Positions 31,501 through 37,223 of a stretch of 43,781 nt of DNA are shown in pieces. The position numbers were made by a program, and so were the translations under genes. The number at the start of each line of letters is the position of its first letter. Position 1 is the stretch's first letter. The notes beneath the pieces are model-generated. The model was not told the origin of the DNA. It saw only the letters and a program-made list of their open reading frames with translations, and searched no databases. Origin of the DNA: Micrococcales bacterium (lineage in GTDB: Bacteria > Actinomycetota > Actinomycetes > Actinomycetales > WQXJ01); the NCBI GenBank assembly GCA_009781225.1, contig WQYN01000001.1:1-43781 (forward strand), written 5' to 3'.

Positions 31501-33076
31501 GGTCATCGTCGCCACCGACTCCTACGGCTACAAGTCCGATCCCGCGGGAGTCACCGTCCGTGCTCGCAAGCCCCTGCCGCCCATCGTCGATCCGACAAAC
31601 GGCACCGAGGTCACGGGCGAGGCCGAGCCGGGCACCACCATCACCGTGAGGGACGATGACGGACGCGTCCTGTGCACTACGACCACCAACCCCGACGGTT
31701 CCTTCCGCTGCCGGCCTCTCGTCCCACGGCCAGCTCACCTCGATCCGATCCACGTGACCGCGACGGACGATGCCGAGAACACCTCCGATCCCACGACCGT
31801 CATCGTCGATTCGCAGCCGCCAGAGCCGCCCGAGGTCGAGCCGACGGACGGGACCGTGATCTACGGCACCGCCGAACCGGACACCGACATCACGATCAAG
31901 AATGACAAGGGCATCGTGATCTGCCGGACCCGTACTAACTCCGCCGGATCCTTCGCCTGCTTCCCCGCCGTCGTCCCCGATCACGGGACCCCGCTGGAGG
32001 TCACCGCGACCGATGCTGCAGGCAACACATCACGGCCGACGATCGTCGTCGTTGACCGTGACGCGCTGCCCAAGCCGGTCATCCATCCGACCAACGGCAG
32101 CAAGGTCAACGGAACGGGACGTCCGGGAGCCACGGTCGTCGTCACCTTCCCCAACGGTGATCAGGCAACGGCAACCGTCGATCCCAACGCGAACTGGAGT
32201 GTCCAGCCGCCGCCCACATACACACCGCGCCATGGCGATGTCATCACCGCCTACCAAGAGGTGCCGTTCAACCGTGACGGACCCAAGCGTTCGGATACGG
32301 CCAGTGTCATTGTGGATCGCACCCCGCCGGACGCCCCGATCCTCAAGCCCTCCGACGGCACGACCCTCTCGGGTGAGGGCGAACCCAACACCTATGTCAC
32401 CGTGCGGGATGCCGACGGCAACGTCATCGGCACCGGAAAGGTCAACCCCGACGGCCGGTTCACCGTCCCGTTGAACCCGCAGGCCAAGGAAGGTGACATC
32501 GTGACCGTCACTCTCACCGATGATGCTGGCAATGTCTCCCGGCCCTCGTCGCTGAGAATCGGTCTCATGCGGATCGTCGTTGACAAGGCTCAGCTCTACG
32601 TCCTGGAAGAGCAGACGGCCCGCATTTACAACCTCCAGCCCGGCGAAAAGGTGAGCGCCACCATGCTCCCCGATGGGCTGGATCTTGGAACCACAATCGC
32701 CGATGCCAATGGCATTGCGACCTTTACCTGGTCAGTCCCCACGGCCTCGGGGATGGCGGGTCACAAGGTCGAGGCAATCGGCGAGATCTCCGGCAAGGTC
32801 ACGTCCGACCCGTTCCTCACAATGGAACGCAACGGATTCTCTCCCAAGGTGGAAACCATCACCCCGAGCGTGACCGTGACGGCAGCCCCGACCGTGTCTG
32901 TGACCCCCGGCTCCAAGGACGTCACAGGCAAGTCAGGCGGAGCGCATCCCACGACCGGTGCTGAGGGCCTGATCCCAGCTCTCGGTGCCGCTCTGGGTGC
33001 CCTCCTCTCCGGCCTTGTGCTCCTGGTCGCCGCCCGGCGGCGCCGTGAGGATGAGGGCTCGGAGATGGCTATCTAG
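16400..33076 (+). CDS. Giant (5,558 aa) repetitive cell-surface adhesin-like protein
   Basis: One uninterrupted 16,677-nt ORF. It has an N-terminal signal peptide, a lectin-like head and DUF11-like domains. Roughly 40-45 tandem invasin/intimin-type Ig-like (Big_1-like) domains of about 100 aa follow, with the recurring motif ADG..H.VTV.L.DA.GNP..G and G.YTA.ITS..AG. Five Ig-like stalk repeats of about 80 aa and a C-terminal anchor signal complete it. Confidence 0.9.
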   Translation: MTSRPAQPRSQHFRLDPHLPRPGRRLAATLATAALVMGGVVGIDVVRPTPAEAFAPFPINDISNGSYTPSMWTTNYAQQCLGAGDVPFSRTSDNWMRMTFGTRNCRANMLTTQSFPSTTGLSISFDYRMVGRMEVDGKAGDGFSVYLSNGSQSSVTAGGPGGGLAYARHIHSVTGTSPGVLGGFMGVGIDAYGSYSSTEEGRTGGNMSIYGRPAIGLRGSGNGNGPTDALYPWVNGAVVSNLTTGSSGTPDPSTQSTSTYRRVNVTINPVNPGLLEAVVSISPSTVKNQQPTSMTRVFTGNLAGVYAQQPLPATLKLGIGASTGMASAIMDIKNVIVTALTDAAASGSMVTPGYPGLDAPAFLVGDTVTWNLTATNHGPSRIGDPPNGVAVLYDDVSSVFDTVSWTCTPSGGATCGTTSGTSPIIRTTWYGPAGSSVTIQATGTVKNGAAVGDHDLGGVIPTDFANNTVAPGSNFITLDGSIGDVNLDNNTVRLPIKVVNANLSFDLTASPTAPTSYVVGQAIQFTHTVSNPGASPITGITIIPESFTPAGAAVLPGPLTWNWPGAAGTLQPGQTATATATYVLTQADVNTGSLTYVAHAEAVSVNSFPLVSPPRTVTLNSNLPSWGNSSVSITQGPRQADGVDSHTVTVILRDANNQPVVDRTAIITKSVDPSAGVTLGTTLQGPPGTYTFTVVSTSAGTKNVTVGYPGLSPWPSLPALFVAGPPSPLKSSFVIVPSTLPVGETATARVTLIDAYDNPLIGEVISFTADQNGLISGTQTATTNSSGVAELPLTTTQAGLYTVHARRGTTELSDSPKDVTFTAGPPCTATMTSDVEPLTTGVKVADMVDTHSAKVTLRDCAGNPTRDWAVTFSLVGANPSGTGLTITTDSNGEARLNFASDSYRTHTATLRAQFTVATTNYQIPVKGSPTVYVLNFDFATNPPSPDTTWYDLSTGTRIANGSDAHTITVLLRDSNNNPISGQETWLSATAAGRAGQGNATVTAFAETSTPGRYTASVTSTAQGIKDVTVSWSSQGLPPAMPISPLVAGRTTLEFVYSSSTVHLISVTKAPAGPLTADGVQAYTVTAVIQDAQGNGPADMVALLGRSLTAGDPRGVVISQITPVAGSPGSYSFTVTSTSSGDKTLTVTFDPPGGAQESGSVVLGFVHGPPDPNHFTLTSTTRSTVKQPNGTEWHDATITIYDAFDNLVTTPADQTAVSFQLISGTGARFAAGYPNSGTTSNGTLTTRIVADVPTDAVIGGMAGTFVILSGGAPARLTLPFRWGICVTDPDQCIPPPCDDPALTYYTLAPAGPLAVGSGTYTITARLLAPNCIDPMTGQAQYLSATAIDTLNAAMEYRGTVTAFTETSPGNYTASITATKAGIKQVATQWSYTTTTQVIPPLNPPNRSTVEFIADPDPDWTKSWYEVSSGERAADGVEAHQVNVTLVDRYDNPVIGAASRLAGSSTLIATGQANLVTFGAFSMVSPGVYRASITSMTSGVHRIYVTLDRIPASAGRDDVPFQVNRDATFRAVTPGWARLTVTGGPSQAVETGTYTLQVEVLDRAGGNPVDGIPVTLGLSGAAAGQPYFTEVGNPSPQVTKTTGTAGIVTVQVKSTKSGEFPVSVTIPGLGTILGLPATLIFTPGDVDLTASRLWTDDTGARYADGQSYYTVNVELLDRFGNKVPGKSVEFIPSAPGQAISPDPADRRSGPDGRVSVHVVSSAVGPVVVTARAEGALLVLPSGGPQQVNLMFVAKDIDYNQSFFTLPTDADNKVAGNSADPHKILIWIYDSSGNPIDLCVDSQGLPAPCRFDQLAGTALGPEGNGVIGAFRKALPSEVPGSGYDGSQYIADITSITSGIKQISPSYAGNSFRPLQIGRDKVTFIAGPPSQTNSSYTVSTTPRVVADGVSTQTVTAQLRDANGNPCTGFATSLQGQAPPAIVGGFTPIDSQPGFYIASITSRVAGSHPVTVALNAAPIAQFTLAGSGNTLATFVAGDPDPSKSTLVVTPTSQEVGLNVTATITVRDAEDNPVPGTAVRISAAPPTVPGFPGGYLTATSDANGVAQMVFTTTKAGLISVTGELAVTQREVSGSPVPVTFRAGAPYAATLVKTSPADKLAASGTVRHSAKLTLVDRYDNPIGGQTIDFSLSGLTGATLIPAGGVTTSADGEALVEAHSTAVGLATLTAQVRGLTVPVTPPSITFEWINAPGPATVTFDLTTGTRVVGDAANPHRVTITVKDSNGVPIQGIEDQIAITAGDATIGDVRETSTPGVYTAPITATVAGTKTVQVSYGTNTGQPEVPGRNTVTFVAGTPSADRSSIWVTTGTRVANGVAYHVVTVDLRDEWDNPVSGWATTLGQPGMTPTIGRTVTSFDPDPAGEGRYLAQVTAIVATDYTAIVRIPGVGDIPAKGNNVIARFVAGPPSPDRSELVALTSGDRYAVSQEHVVRLTVRDAQGNPIPLATATISTVPPLSLPGGGQVTTDTAGVADLAFTSPVAGLYTVHAAIDLLTGGTVAPQGSGVVQVRFITGNPSTANSFFEVSQRADQIANGGPTHFQTATLFLADSNNVPIAGRADQIDAWFVPAGPTFTKVAGIDWVEDTAAGPGWYRATIVSLKSGDFAMKAQVGSTAINVKLNANDIASFIPGPGDPSRSILSVDKTTAQVGEQVVATVQVYDVNGNPGAGQVVELWTVERDPIGGSPYLRLRAGADGKVSFILSTTKAGTYTVYAGLLLDENNPPVQVINSGQIDVTWLAGPVSVLRTSLDGSSGVRVADGVAYHEAVVVARDEFGNTLSGVPVVFELTGVGQVAAGYAVSDVTGSDGSLTVRYVSSFVLGSAELRARVGSGVSSFLVTDNAPVPAVKVLYWSWENSGPPGSNSYFVVPTDTKRADGVASHTVEVVLATDQGAPVVGEQANIDVRVNPVAGSPTQPSGTTWTVGSVSQKPGEPGHYVVSVTSTYAATFRVEVLYKSMSLPANPVGRDTITFTAGDPDPGKSGFVVSSTLGVKANGTDFQTVTVTLLDGFGNGIADQVLTTSAVVNNNLLNVGSWTPGPVGVYTARLRTTTAGSYTMIVSRATPGGSVPVAVFVGANDVARFEPDDPCQSNTTFTIVSKATGQVVTSVPVGLESWDGFVLRAQVMDCSATPNPVPGIPVAVSVPGVEPVFTELPKLTGATGVAEFDLKSTKAGSFLVTATVNSGEFTKTATAVFTPLAPDPRVSTLTGTDGEARFADNTAFHTAVATVMDRYANVIADVPVAFDVRNVGYEASAVPTNHRTGPDGKVTIQIKSDRQVGEALVSATMGTPGVAILDASDAPKVLRMRFVSKEVDPGNSYYTVSTGSRVAGDNANPHQVRVELYDSAGAPAATDPALIRGEATGGGVVGGFTLVPGTIATYVASITSNTIGWKDITVKVSDQPINSVPGEPTAVLFVAGPVAGVVYTVSDGVLPADGTSAHTVTVTITDANGNGIDGLAAQLEATAPNCVVTYPFENPEVGVYTASITSVVKGDHLVTATRNGQPITLKTAGNNLARFTNSSPPDLSRSTLVVSDGDKPVGENHTATVTVVDNQGNPIPNVPVTVWATPNTTPTPLDAHGTTDNDGKVVISFTSHKVGVYTVYASLDTTQNPARQVSGSGQQYAIFVAGPPSAEWTTLEGTDDVTKLVNSPSDPHRAWVIVRDQYQNLVTKAGTMVTFTLSGLPGASLSTTAPIEVDINGRAEVRVTSTAQGTAVVRASVSQAGAPTITVIKPADHLNLVFDTSTVDPASSNYQLSADTRVANLVDAHTITVRLRDINGARVHNAQDLISVVFTPRGAAPGVPVVGTWSEGSDPLTSYGDYTASITSRYADIFDVTVSVGQNIAPQPGSPTFVTFVAGPVSPVTSTFEVTDGTRVANGISAHIVTVWLKDAYGNPITGDRNSLSGQALPAQVASFTEATPGTYTANITSRTAGTWQVRVSHLDLPNLLDPGSNNRNAIFVAGPPSGLTSTLERTTTNPKLVTTGFHTIRVTVKDADSNIIAYQPLTIRTAPPLALPNGGLVTTDNSGVAELSFTSSTATTYTIYADIPLPTGGNVQPQGSGVVQAQFISGPIDPTNPNTWFIVSQYTDVVADGDPDHFQLVTVSLADASGTPISGLDGTGVLTAGSVTFDPTLGPISTAFTEDPNNPGIYTAKITSIKSGTFTVSVTAQQGNPIPLPLKPGDNNKAIFIPGTAVAASILSAQPLTLPVGQTSTAQVIVVDANNNLVGGQPVKFTTTPPGPINTPNNEAVISSNPLTGISTLPLTTTTAGTYTLHATLEGIGTPPTPIPVTNSGNINITWTPDVANATITLTGSTDQSVPVGGDDSHWAQVEVVDPYGNPVPGVQVDFSNTGVGSWSAPALCTTPQACRVTTDANGKARVEIVSNQTGRAQITAKADGKDVTNGGTTPVELILEFGPGVPVDSASRFQVSTDSRLANGSDAHTITVTLVDAFGNGVPGLASQLSAEPTPSAGVSISSFTPGATAGQYTASITSTVAGVKTITVARGTTAIQARDGLNQALFIPGDPAPGNSFFEVSLTPNVVADGDPAHFQTVTVTLRDAQGNLVSGFANRLQPSAISLVGAVQASVSTFLPTGDGVYTAHVTATKALDYRVTVSLLNGVSQSIGHIDTLAVPQRLCNDIASFVAGSPDTELSRLDVSPGLVEPGGEHWAEVTIVDVRGNPVPGVEVHLWTDAPTGGTPITIANGGIVTTDASGKARVTLTTRKAGTYYVFAVLTDSGNHITNSGIKFVTFIAGPPSEATSSLVVPTEALPTPIVANGVDHHRAEVTVRDADYNPVPGVTAQVTITPPGGGTPQTLTTNLTSSSGVGSVEFASTKAGVHVVTAAVIVSGVPREVATGSPANATFVAGPPAVGGSTITVDKYRAEARPSRDWITVTVTVNDQFGNRITTGGADVEILTTLGTVTNFVDNGDGTYTARLSSSQGGPATVAFRIGSQTSSGPAPLTREVSFIRTPSTPIPRFANATTVVGTADPGNTIRIYHEDVEVCVTLVAADGTFRCEPMVPQQLDGARLVIVATDSYGYKSDPAGVTVRARKPLPPIVDPTNGTEVTGEAEPGTTITVRDDDGRVLCTTTTNPDGSFRCRPLVPRPAHLDPIHVTATDDAENTSDPTTVIVDSQPPEPPEVEPTDGTVIYGTAEPDTDITIKNDKGIVICRTRTNSAGSFACFPAVVPDHGTPLEVTATDAAGNTSRPTIVVVDRDALPKPVIHPTNGSKVNGTGRPGATVVVTFPNGDQATATVDPNANWSVQPPPTYTPRHGDVITAYQEVPFNRDGPKRSDTASVIVDRTPPDAPILKPSDGTTLSGEGEPNTYVTVRDADGNVIGTGKVNPDGRFTVPLNPQAKEGDIVTVTLTDDAGNVSRPSSLRIGLMRIVVDKAQLYVLEEQTARIYNLQPGEKVSATMLPDGLDLGTTIADANGIATFTWSVPTASGMAGHKVEAIGEISGKVTSDPFLTMERNGFSPKVETITPSVTVTAAPTVSVTPGSKDVTGKSGGAHPTTGAEGLIPALGAALGALLSGLVLLVAARRRREDEGSEMAI
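16559..17420 (+). other. L-type (legume/ConA-like) lectin-like head domain
   Basis: Motifs GDGFSVYLSNG, GGPGGGLAYA and FMGVGIDAYGSY resemble the legume-lectin fold signatures (GDG.AF.L, GG.LG, V.VEFDT). The assignment rests on motif memory only. Confidence 0.45.
17421..18256 (+). other. Two DUF11-like (conserved repeat) domains
   Basis: VGDTVTWNLTATNHGPS and VGQAIQFTHTVSNPGASPITG are typical openings of DUF11/CARDB-like beta-sandwich repeats. Confidence 0.5.
18257..31337 (+). repeat. Tandem array of about 40-45 coding Ig-like (Big_1-like) domain repeats with higher-order periodicity
   Basis: Domain boundaries recur as F(V/I)AGPP / F.AGDPDP. Core motifs (ADG..H.V.V.L.D..GNP, TD..G.A...F.S.KAG.YTV) recur about every 100 aa. 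Three or four domain subtypes alternate in blocks. Confidence 0.85.
31338..32563 (+). repeat. Five Ig-like stalk repeats of about 80 aa
   Basis: Repeats open with P(T/S)(N/D)G(T/S).(V/L).G.(A/G)EP(G/D/N)T.(I/V)(T/V)(V/I) and close with V.ATD.AGN.S.P. The first three carry a conserved Cys pair. Confidence 0.75.
32945..33073 (+). other. C-terminal anchor signal: HPTTG motif, hydrophobic helix, basic tail
   Basis: HPTTG-AEGLIPALGAALGALLSGLVLLVAA-RRRRED has the tripartite layout of a sortase sorting signal, but H replaces the usual L of LPXTG/LAXTG. Confidence 0.55.
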
Positions 33077-33095
33077 CACAATCCCCCCACAGCAG

Positions 33096-33136
33096 GCGCG
33101 CCGCCCGGGCCCCGCCCATTGCGCCGGGCGGCGCGC
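33096..33136. terminator. GC-rich perfect hairpin between the convergent adhesin and glpC genes, a likely bidirectional terminator
   Basis: GCGCGCCGCCCGG (33096-33108) is the exact reverse complement of CCGGGCGGCGCGC (33124-33136), with a 15-nt loop. It lies 20 nt after the adhesin TAG and 21 nt after the glpC stop. There is no long U-tract. Confidence 0.6.
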
Positions 33137-33156
33137 GCTTGCTCAGTACAGCCGGC

Positions 33157-34377
33157 TCAGGTCACGCAGCTCAGCGCCTCGCGCAGCAGAACCGCCGGGT
33201 GCACCATCTGCGCCCCTGTCGCCTTGGCGATGTGCCAGCGGCAGGTCTCGGTGTCGCAGACCCCGAGCTCAGGATTCACGTCCCGGACCAGGGAAAACAC
33301 CGACTCTCCGACCGCCATCGCGATCGCGTGCTTCTCCTTCTTCACGCCGTAGGTTCCCGCCATCCCGCAGCAGGCCGCCGTCGATTCCACGACCTCAAGC
33401 CCAGGAATCATCCGCAGCAGCGTCACCGCCGGCGATCCCATCCCCTGCCCTCGGACCTGGCAGGGAGCGTGGTAGGCCACGCGCTTCTCGATCCGCCCCA
33501 GCTCAGGCAGGTCCCCCACCTCGAGCAAAAACTCGCTGAACTCTCGGGTTCGCGCCCCCACCTCGGCTAGGACCTCATCCTCGACCCCGAGGATCTCGCG
33601 CGCCTCATGCTTGACCATTCCCGCGCAGGATCCCGCCGTCGAGACAATGGGAACGCCTCCTCCCGCCGCGCTCAGCGCCGAAGCGAGCTTGCGCACACAC
33701 CCTCGCGCCGCGTCATAGAGCCCGTTGGACTGGAGCGCCAACCCGCAACACCCCTGGTCAGGCACTATGACCTCGAACCCCAACCTCTCAAGCACCTCGA
33801 CGGCCGCGACCGACGTCTCCACCTCAAAGTAGTTCCCCGCGCACCCTGAGAAGAAGACAACCTGCCCGCGCCACGCCCCCTTCGCCGGCGCACGATGACG
33901 CTTCCACCACCCAGAAAACGTCCTCCGTCGCGCTGTGGGCATCGCCGCATCGCGGTGGATTCCCAGCACTTTCTCCATAACGACCCGCGTCCATCGCCAC
34001 CTCAACCCCGCATTGGCCAGCGGCGCCAGCGGCGTCAACAGCCGTCCCATCAGCACCGTCCGCGAGATGAGCTGGTCGCGCAGCGGCATCGCCCGCGCCT
34101 TCATCGCCGCCCGCGCTGCCGAGTTCATCTCCGCAACAAGGACTCCCTGGGGACACACAAGCGTGCACGTCCCGCAGGAGGAGCAGTAGTCGATGGACCG
34201 GTCCACCGACTTGCCCGCCCTGAACCTCTCCGCCTGAGGCCCGATCGCCTTAGGTCCGGGAAACAGCGGCGTCACAGCGGCGACGGGACACTGGGTCTCG
34301 CAGATGGTGCACTTGACGCAGTGGTCAAGGCTCACCCGCGCGAGGAGGTTGCGCTCGTGGCTGTCCGGCTCGAACAT
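33157..34377 (-). CDS. glpC: Anaerobic glycerol-3-phosphate dehydrogenase subunit C (Fe-S/CCG subunit)
   Basis: 406 aa. Two 4Fe-4S ferredoxin motifs (CVKCTICETQCP, CSSCGTCTLVCP) and two cysteine-rich CCG domains. Its ATG overlaps the glpB stop (ATGA). Confidence 0.9.
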   Translation of the reverse strand: MFEPDSHERNLLARVSLDHCVKCTICETQCPVAAVTPLFPGPKAIGPQAERFRAGKSVDRSIDYCSSCGTCTLVCPQGVLVAEMNSAARAAMKARAMPLRDQLISRTVLMGRLLTPLAPLANAGLRWRWTRVVMEKVLGIHRDAAMPTARRRTFSGWWKRHRAPAKGAWRGQVVFFSGCAGNYFEVETSVAAVEVLERLGFEVIVPDQGCCGLALQSNGLYDAARGCVRKLASALSAAGGGVPIVSTAGSCAGMVKHEAREILGVEDEVLAEVGARTREFSEFLLEVGDLPELGRIEKRVAYHAPCQVRGQGMGSPAVTLLRMIPGLEVVESTAACCGMAGTYGVKKEKHAIAMAVGESVFSLVRDVNPELGVCDTETCRWHIAKATGAQMVHPAVLLREALSCVT

Positions 34378-35597
34378 CAGGCCTCCCCCTCGATCGTTTC
34401 CACGGCCCTGATCGCCGAGCCCAGCGCGATCCCCTCCCCCGACTTCTCCGACCAGGCAATCGCCCCCGCCAGCACGGAGCCCGCCGCCAACAGATTGTCA
34501 TAGACCACATCGCCGGCGAGGTCCACGACCCGCATCCCCTCATCCACAGCAAGCCCCGCCGCGAACAGGGGCTGGTCGGCCCCGTCATCGCCCGTCAGCT
34601 GCGCCCCTGAGCCACGCAGCGGCAGATCGAACACCGTCTCGCTGATGTGCCCCCGCGAATCCATCGCGAGCGCTCCCGACTCGAAGCCTCCCGGCGCGTG
34701 GCAGAACCATCGCCCCTCAATCTCCTGGTCCCTCCCCGCCATATGGACGATGACGGCCCTCACCCTGCGCTTCTCCAGGACGGCTCCTACGGCCGGGCTG
34801 CCGAGAATGATTCGGACTCCTGCGGCCCGCGCCCGGGAGAATAGCTCCTGGCTAAGCCGCAGCCCCGGCACGCTGGGCGGGATTAGGGGGATTTCGAAGA
34901 CCTCGCGCCCGATCTCCTCGCTGAGAACCCGCCACACGTTGTGGTCGGCAAGGCCCAGCATCGCCGGGAGTCCCACGACCTGCTCGTCGCCAATCACCTT
35001 CCCGACTGCCGCAGCGACCTGACGTTGGAACGCAGGCTCGTCCATGGACCGGGCGTAGACCAGCGCGGAGCAATCCGCACCCGCACGCGGGGCGAGGTTG
35101 ACGCGATAAGGATGGGCCGTCATCGTGCGCGCTAAGTTGGCGGCGCACAGCTCGGGCGAGAAGTCTTTGAGTTGAGCAAAGCCGACGATCGCCATCGTGC
35201 GACCCTGCGAGAGGTCCCCGGCGGCCATGGAGGGCTGGAAGACAGCGGTGGGGCGGGCGGCGCCGATGGCGGTGGGGAGGAGCTTGTTGGTGGACGGGTC
35301 GCCCGTCAGGAGGTCGGGGCCCACGGTCTTGGTGAGCCAGGCGACGCCGCGGGAGACCGCAGCGGGGCCAATCGCGGCGTAGGGATGGTCGGGGTGGGCG
35401 GCGACGTACTCCACCATCGCTTCGAGGGGGCGGTCAACGCGGTGGGGGGCGTATCCGAGGATGTCGATGGTGCCCTGAGAGAGGCCGAGTCCGCCCATGC
35501 CGCGCGCGATGAGGGCGACCTGGGCGCCTGCCTCGGCGGCGCGGATAGCGGAGGTCAGGCCAGCGAGGCCAGCGCCGATGACGACGACGTCGTTCAT
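34377..35597 (-). CDS. glpB: Anaerobic glycerol-3-phosphate dehydrogenase subunit B
   Basis: I trimmed ORF 34377..35936 to the ATG at 35595-35597 (MNDVVVIGAGLAGLTSAIRAAEAG, a FAD fold), which overlaps the glpA stop as ATGA. The Pro/Arg-rich N-terminal extension in the track overlaps glpA and is not credible. Confidence 0.88.
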   Translation of the reverse strand: MNDVVVIGAGLAGLTSAIRAAEAGAQVALIARGMGGLGLSQGTIDILGYAPHRVDRPLEAMVEYVAAHPDHPYAAIGPAAVSRGVAWLTKTVGPDLLTGDPSTNKLLPTAIGAARPTAVFQPSMAAGDLSQGRTMAIVGFAQLKDFSPELCAANLARTMTAHPYRVNLAPRAGADCSALVYARSMDEPAFQRQVAAAVGKVIGDEQVVGLPAMLGLADHNVWRVLSEEIGREVFEIPLIPPSVPGLRLSQELFSRARAAGVRIILGSPAVGAVLEKRRVRAVIVHMAGRDQEIEGRWFCHAPGGFESGALAMDSRGHISETVFDLPLRGSGAQLTGDDGADQPLFAAGLAVDEGMRVVDLAGDVVYDNLLAAGSVLAGAIAWSEKSGEGIALGSAIRAVETIEGEA

Positions 35598-37180
35598 CAC
35601 ACGACCTCCTGCGACGGGGCTGGGAGGTGGGCAAGATCGAGGATGCCCTGGAGGATCCAGTGGTCGAGGCAGGCTTGGCGGAGCTGGTCGCCGTGGAGGA
35701 TTGGCGTCAGGCCCTGCCAGCGGTGCGCGAGGAAGGCGCGCAGGAGCTCTGTGGCGCGCTCGGCGTCGGCATGACCCTGTTCGAGGGTGAGGGCGGCGAG
35801 GCGGGTCGAGCAGAAGCCGCCCTGGCATGGGCCCATGCCGAAGCGCAACTGGCGGCGCAGGTCGTCGAGTGAGGCGAGCGGCTGACTCTCGGCGAGCTTG
35901 GTGAACATGGACTTCGTCATGAGCTCGCATTCGCAAAGAACCGGGTCCGGGTCCGGGCCGTCGCGGCGGTATTGCTCGCGGTCGGCGTGGCGACGGCTCA
36001 GACGGTGGGTGCGGTCTCCTGAGCTGGGGCAGGGTTCGGCCGCTGTCCGGCAGGGGTTGTGCTCCCCGATTTGGTCTTCCATTGCGTCAACGACGTGCTC
36101 GGCCATGAGCCGGTAGGTCGTGAGCTTTCCGCCGCCGACCGTGAGCATCCCGCCTAGGCCGTCGCGCTCCTGGTGGTCCATGATCTGCATGCCGCGGCTC
36201 ATGTGCCTGGTGTCGCCGGCGGCGACCCGGCTGTCGCGGATGAGGGGACGCGCACCGGTCCAGGCTCTCAGGGCACGGGCGCTTCGGAACCCGGGGATCA
36301 TTGCCTCGCCCGCGTCGAGCATCTGCTGGACTTCTTCGCGGGTGATCTCCAGGTGGTCGGGGTCTTCGACCTTGATGTCTGTCGTCCCGATGATGCACAC
36401 CGTGTGGTTGGGAACGAGAATGTCACCGTCAGCAGGGGGGATGCAGCGGTTGATGACGTGGTGGACCAGGCGGTGGTTCATCGCGATCATGATCCCGCGG
36501 CCGGGGACCACCTCGACAGGGCCCAAGCCCGCCAGGGCGGCGACCTTTCCCGCCCAGGGGCCGGCGCAGTTGAGGACAAAACGCGTGTCAATCGCCAGGG
36601 TCTCACCGCCCCGGCGGTCGTGGACGCGGACCTGGGTGACGTGGCCCTGCTCCGATTCGATTCCGACAACCTCGTGGTAGGTCAGGACCTGCGCCCCATG
36701 GTCCCTGGCTGAGGCCGCGGCACTCCACACGATCTGCCAGCCGTCCACGGAGCCGTCATGGACCTCGAAGGCGCGGCTGAGGCCCGGATTGAGGCGAGGT
36801 TCGAGCTCCAAGGCGTGGGCCGGCGTGATCTCCTTGGCCCAGACGCCGGCCTTCTTGGCGCCTTCGAGGAAGCGATCCCCGAAGGCTGGGTCGTCCCCTG
36901 GAAGGCAGACGAACAGCCCTCCCGTGGTCTCTACGGCCCCTGGCTGGATCCGTGTGACAATCGCGTTCTCCGCAGCGCACTCGGCCGCGGAGAGCGCATC
37001 AGAGACTACGTAGCGGCCTCCGGAATGCAGCAGACCATGGAAGCGACCCGAGGTCCCCTGGGCGAGGTCGGCGCGCTCGACAAGGATCGCGTCGTGGCCT
37101 CTCATGGCGAGGTCTCTGAGGACCCCGACGCCCGTGGTGCCGCCGCCGATGACGACAACATCCGCGCTCAGGGTCCGCAT
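35597..37180 (-). CDS. glpA: Anaerobic glycerol-3-phosphate dehydrogenase subunit A
   Basis: 527 aa. FAD motif VVVIGGGTTGVGVLRDLAMRG, also GTSGRFHGLLHSGGRY, and a C-terminal BFD-like 2Fe-2S cysteine cluster (CECE..CQGGFC). RBS GAGGAGAA. Confidence 0.92.
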   Translation of the reverse strand: MRTLSADVVVIGGGTTGVGVLRDLAMRGHDAILVERADLAQGTSGRFHGLLHSGGRYVVSDALSAAECAAENAIVTRIQPGAVETTGGLFVCLPGDDPAFGDRFLEGAKKAGVWAKEITPAHALELEPRLNPGLSRAFEVHDGSVDGWQIVWSAAASARDHGAQVLTYHEVVGIESEQGHVTQVRVHDRRGGETLAIDTRFVLNCAGPWAGKVAALAGLGPVEVVPGRGIMIAMNHRLVHHVINRCIPPADGDILVPNHTVCIIGTTDIKVEDPDHLEITREEVQQMLDAGEAMIPGFRSARALRAWTGARPLIRDSRVAAGDTRHMSRGMQIMDHQERDGLGGMLTVGGGKLTTYRLMAEHVVDAMEDQIGEHNPCRTAAEPCPSSGDRTHRLSRRHADREQYRRDGPDPDPVLCECELMTKSMFTKLAESQPLASLDDLRRQLRFGMGPCQGGFCSTRLAALTLEQGHADAERATELLRAFLAHRWQGLTPILHGDQLRQACLDHWILQGILDLAHLPAPSQEVV

Positions 37181-37223
37181 GGTCTTCTCCTCGCGTCAGG
37201 AATCGCCCCGTCACCGGTACCGA

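Noticed and set aside
35598-35936. N-terminal 113-aa extension of the glpB ORF in the track
   Set aside because: It is Pro/Arg-rich and lies entirely inside glpA. The FAD-fold N-terminus MNDVVVIGAG begins at an ATG that overlaps the glpA stop (ATGA), which is the usual coupling in this operon.
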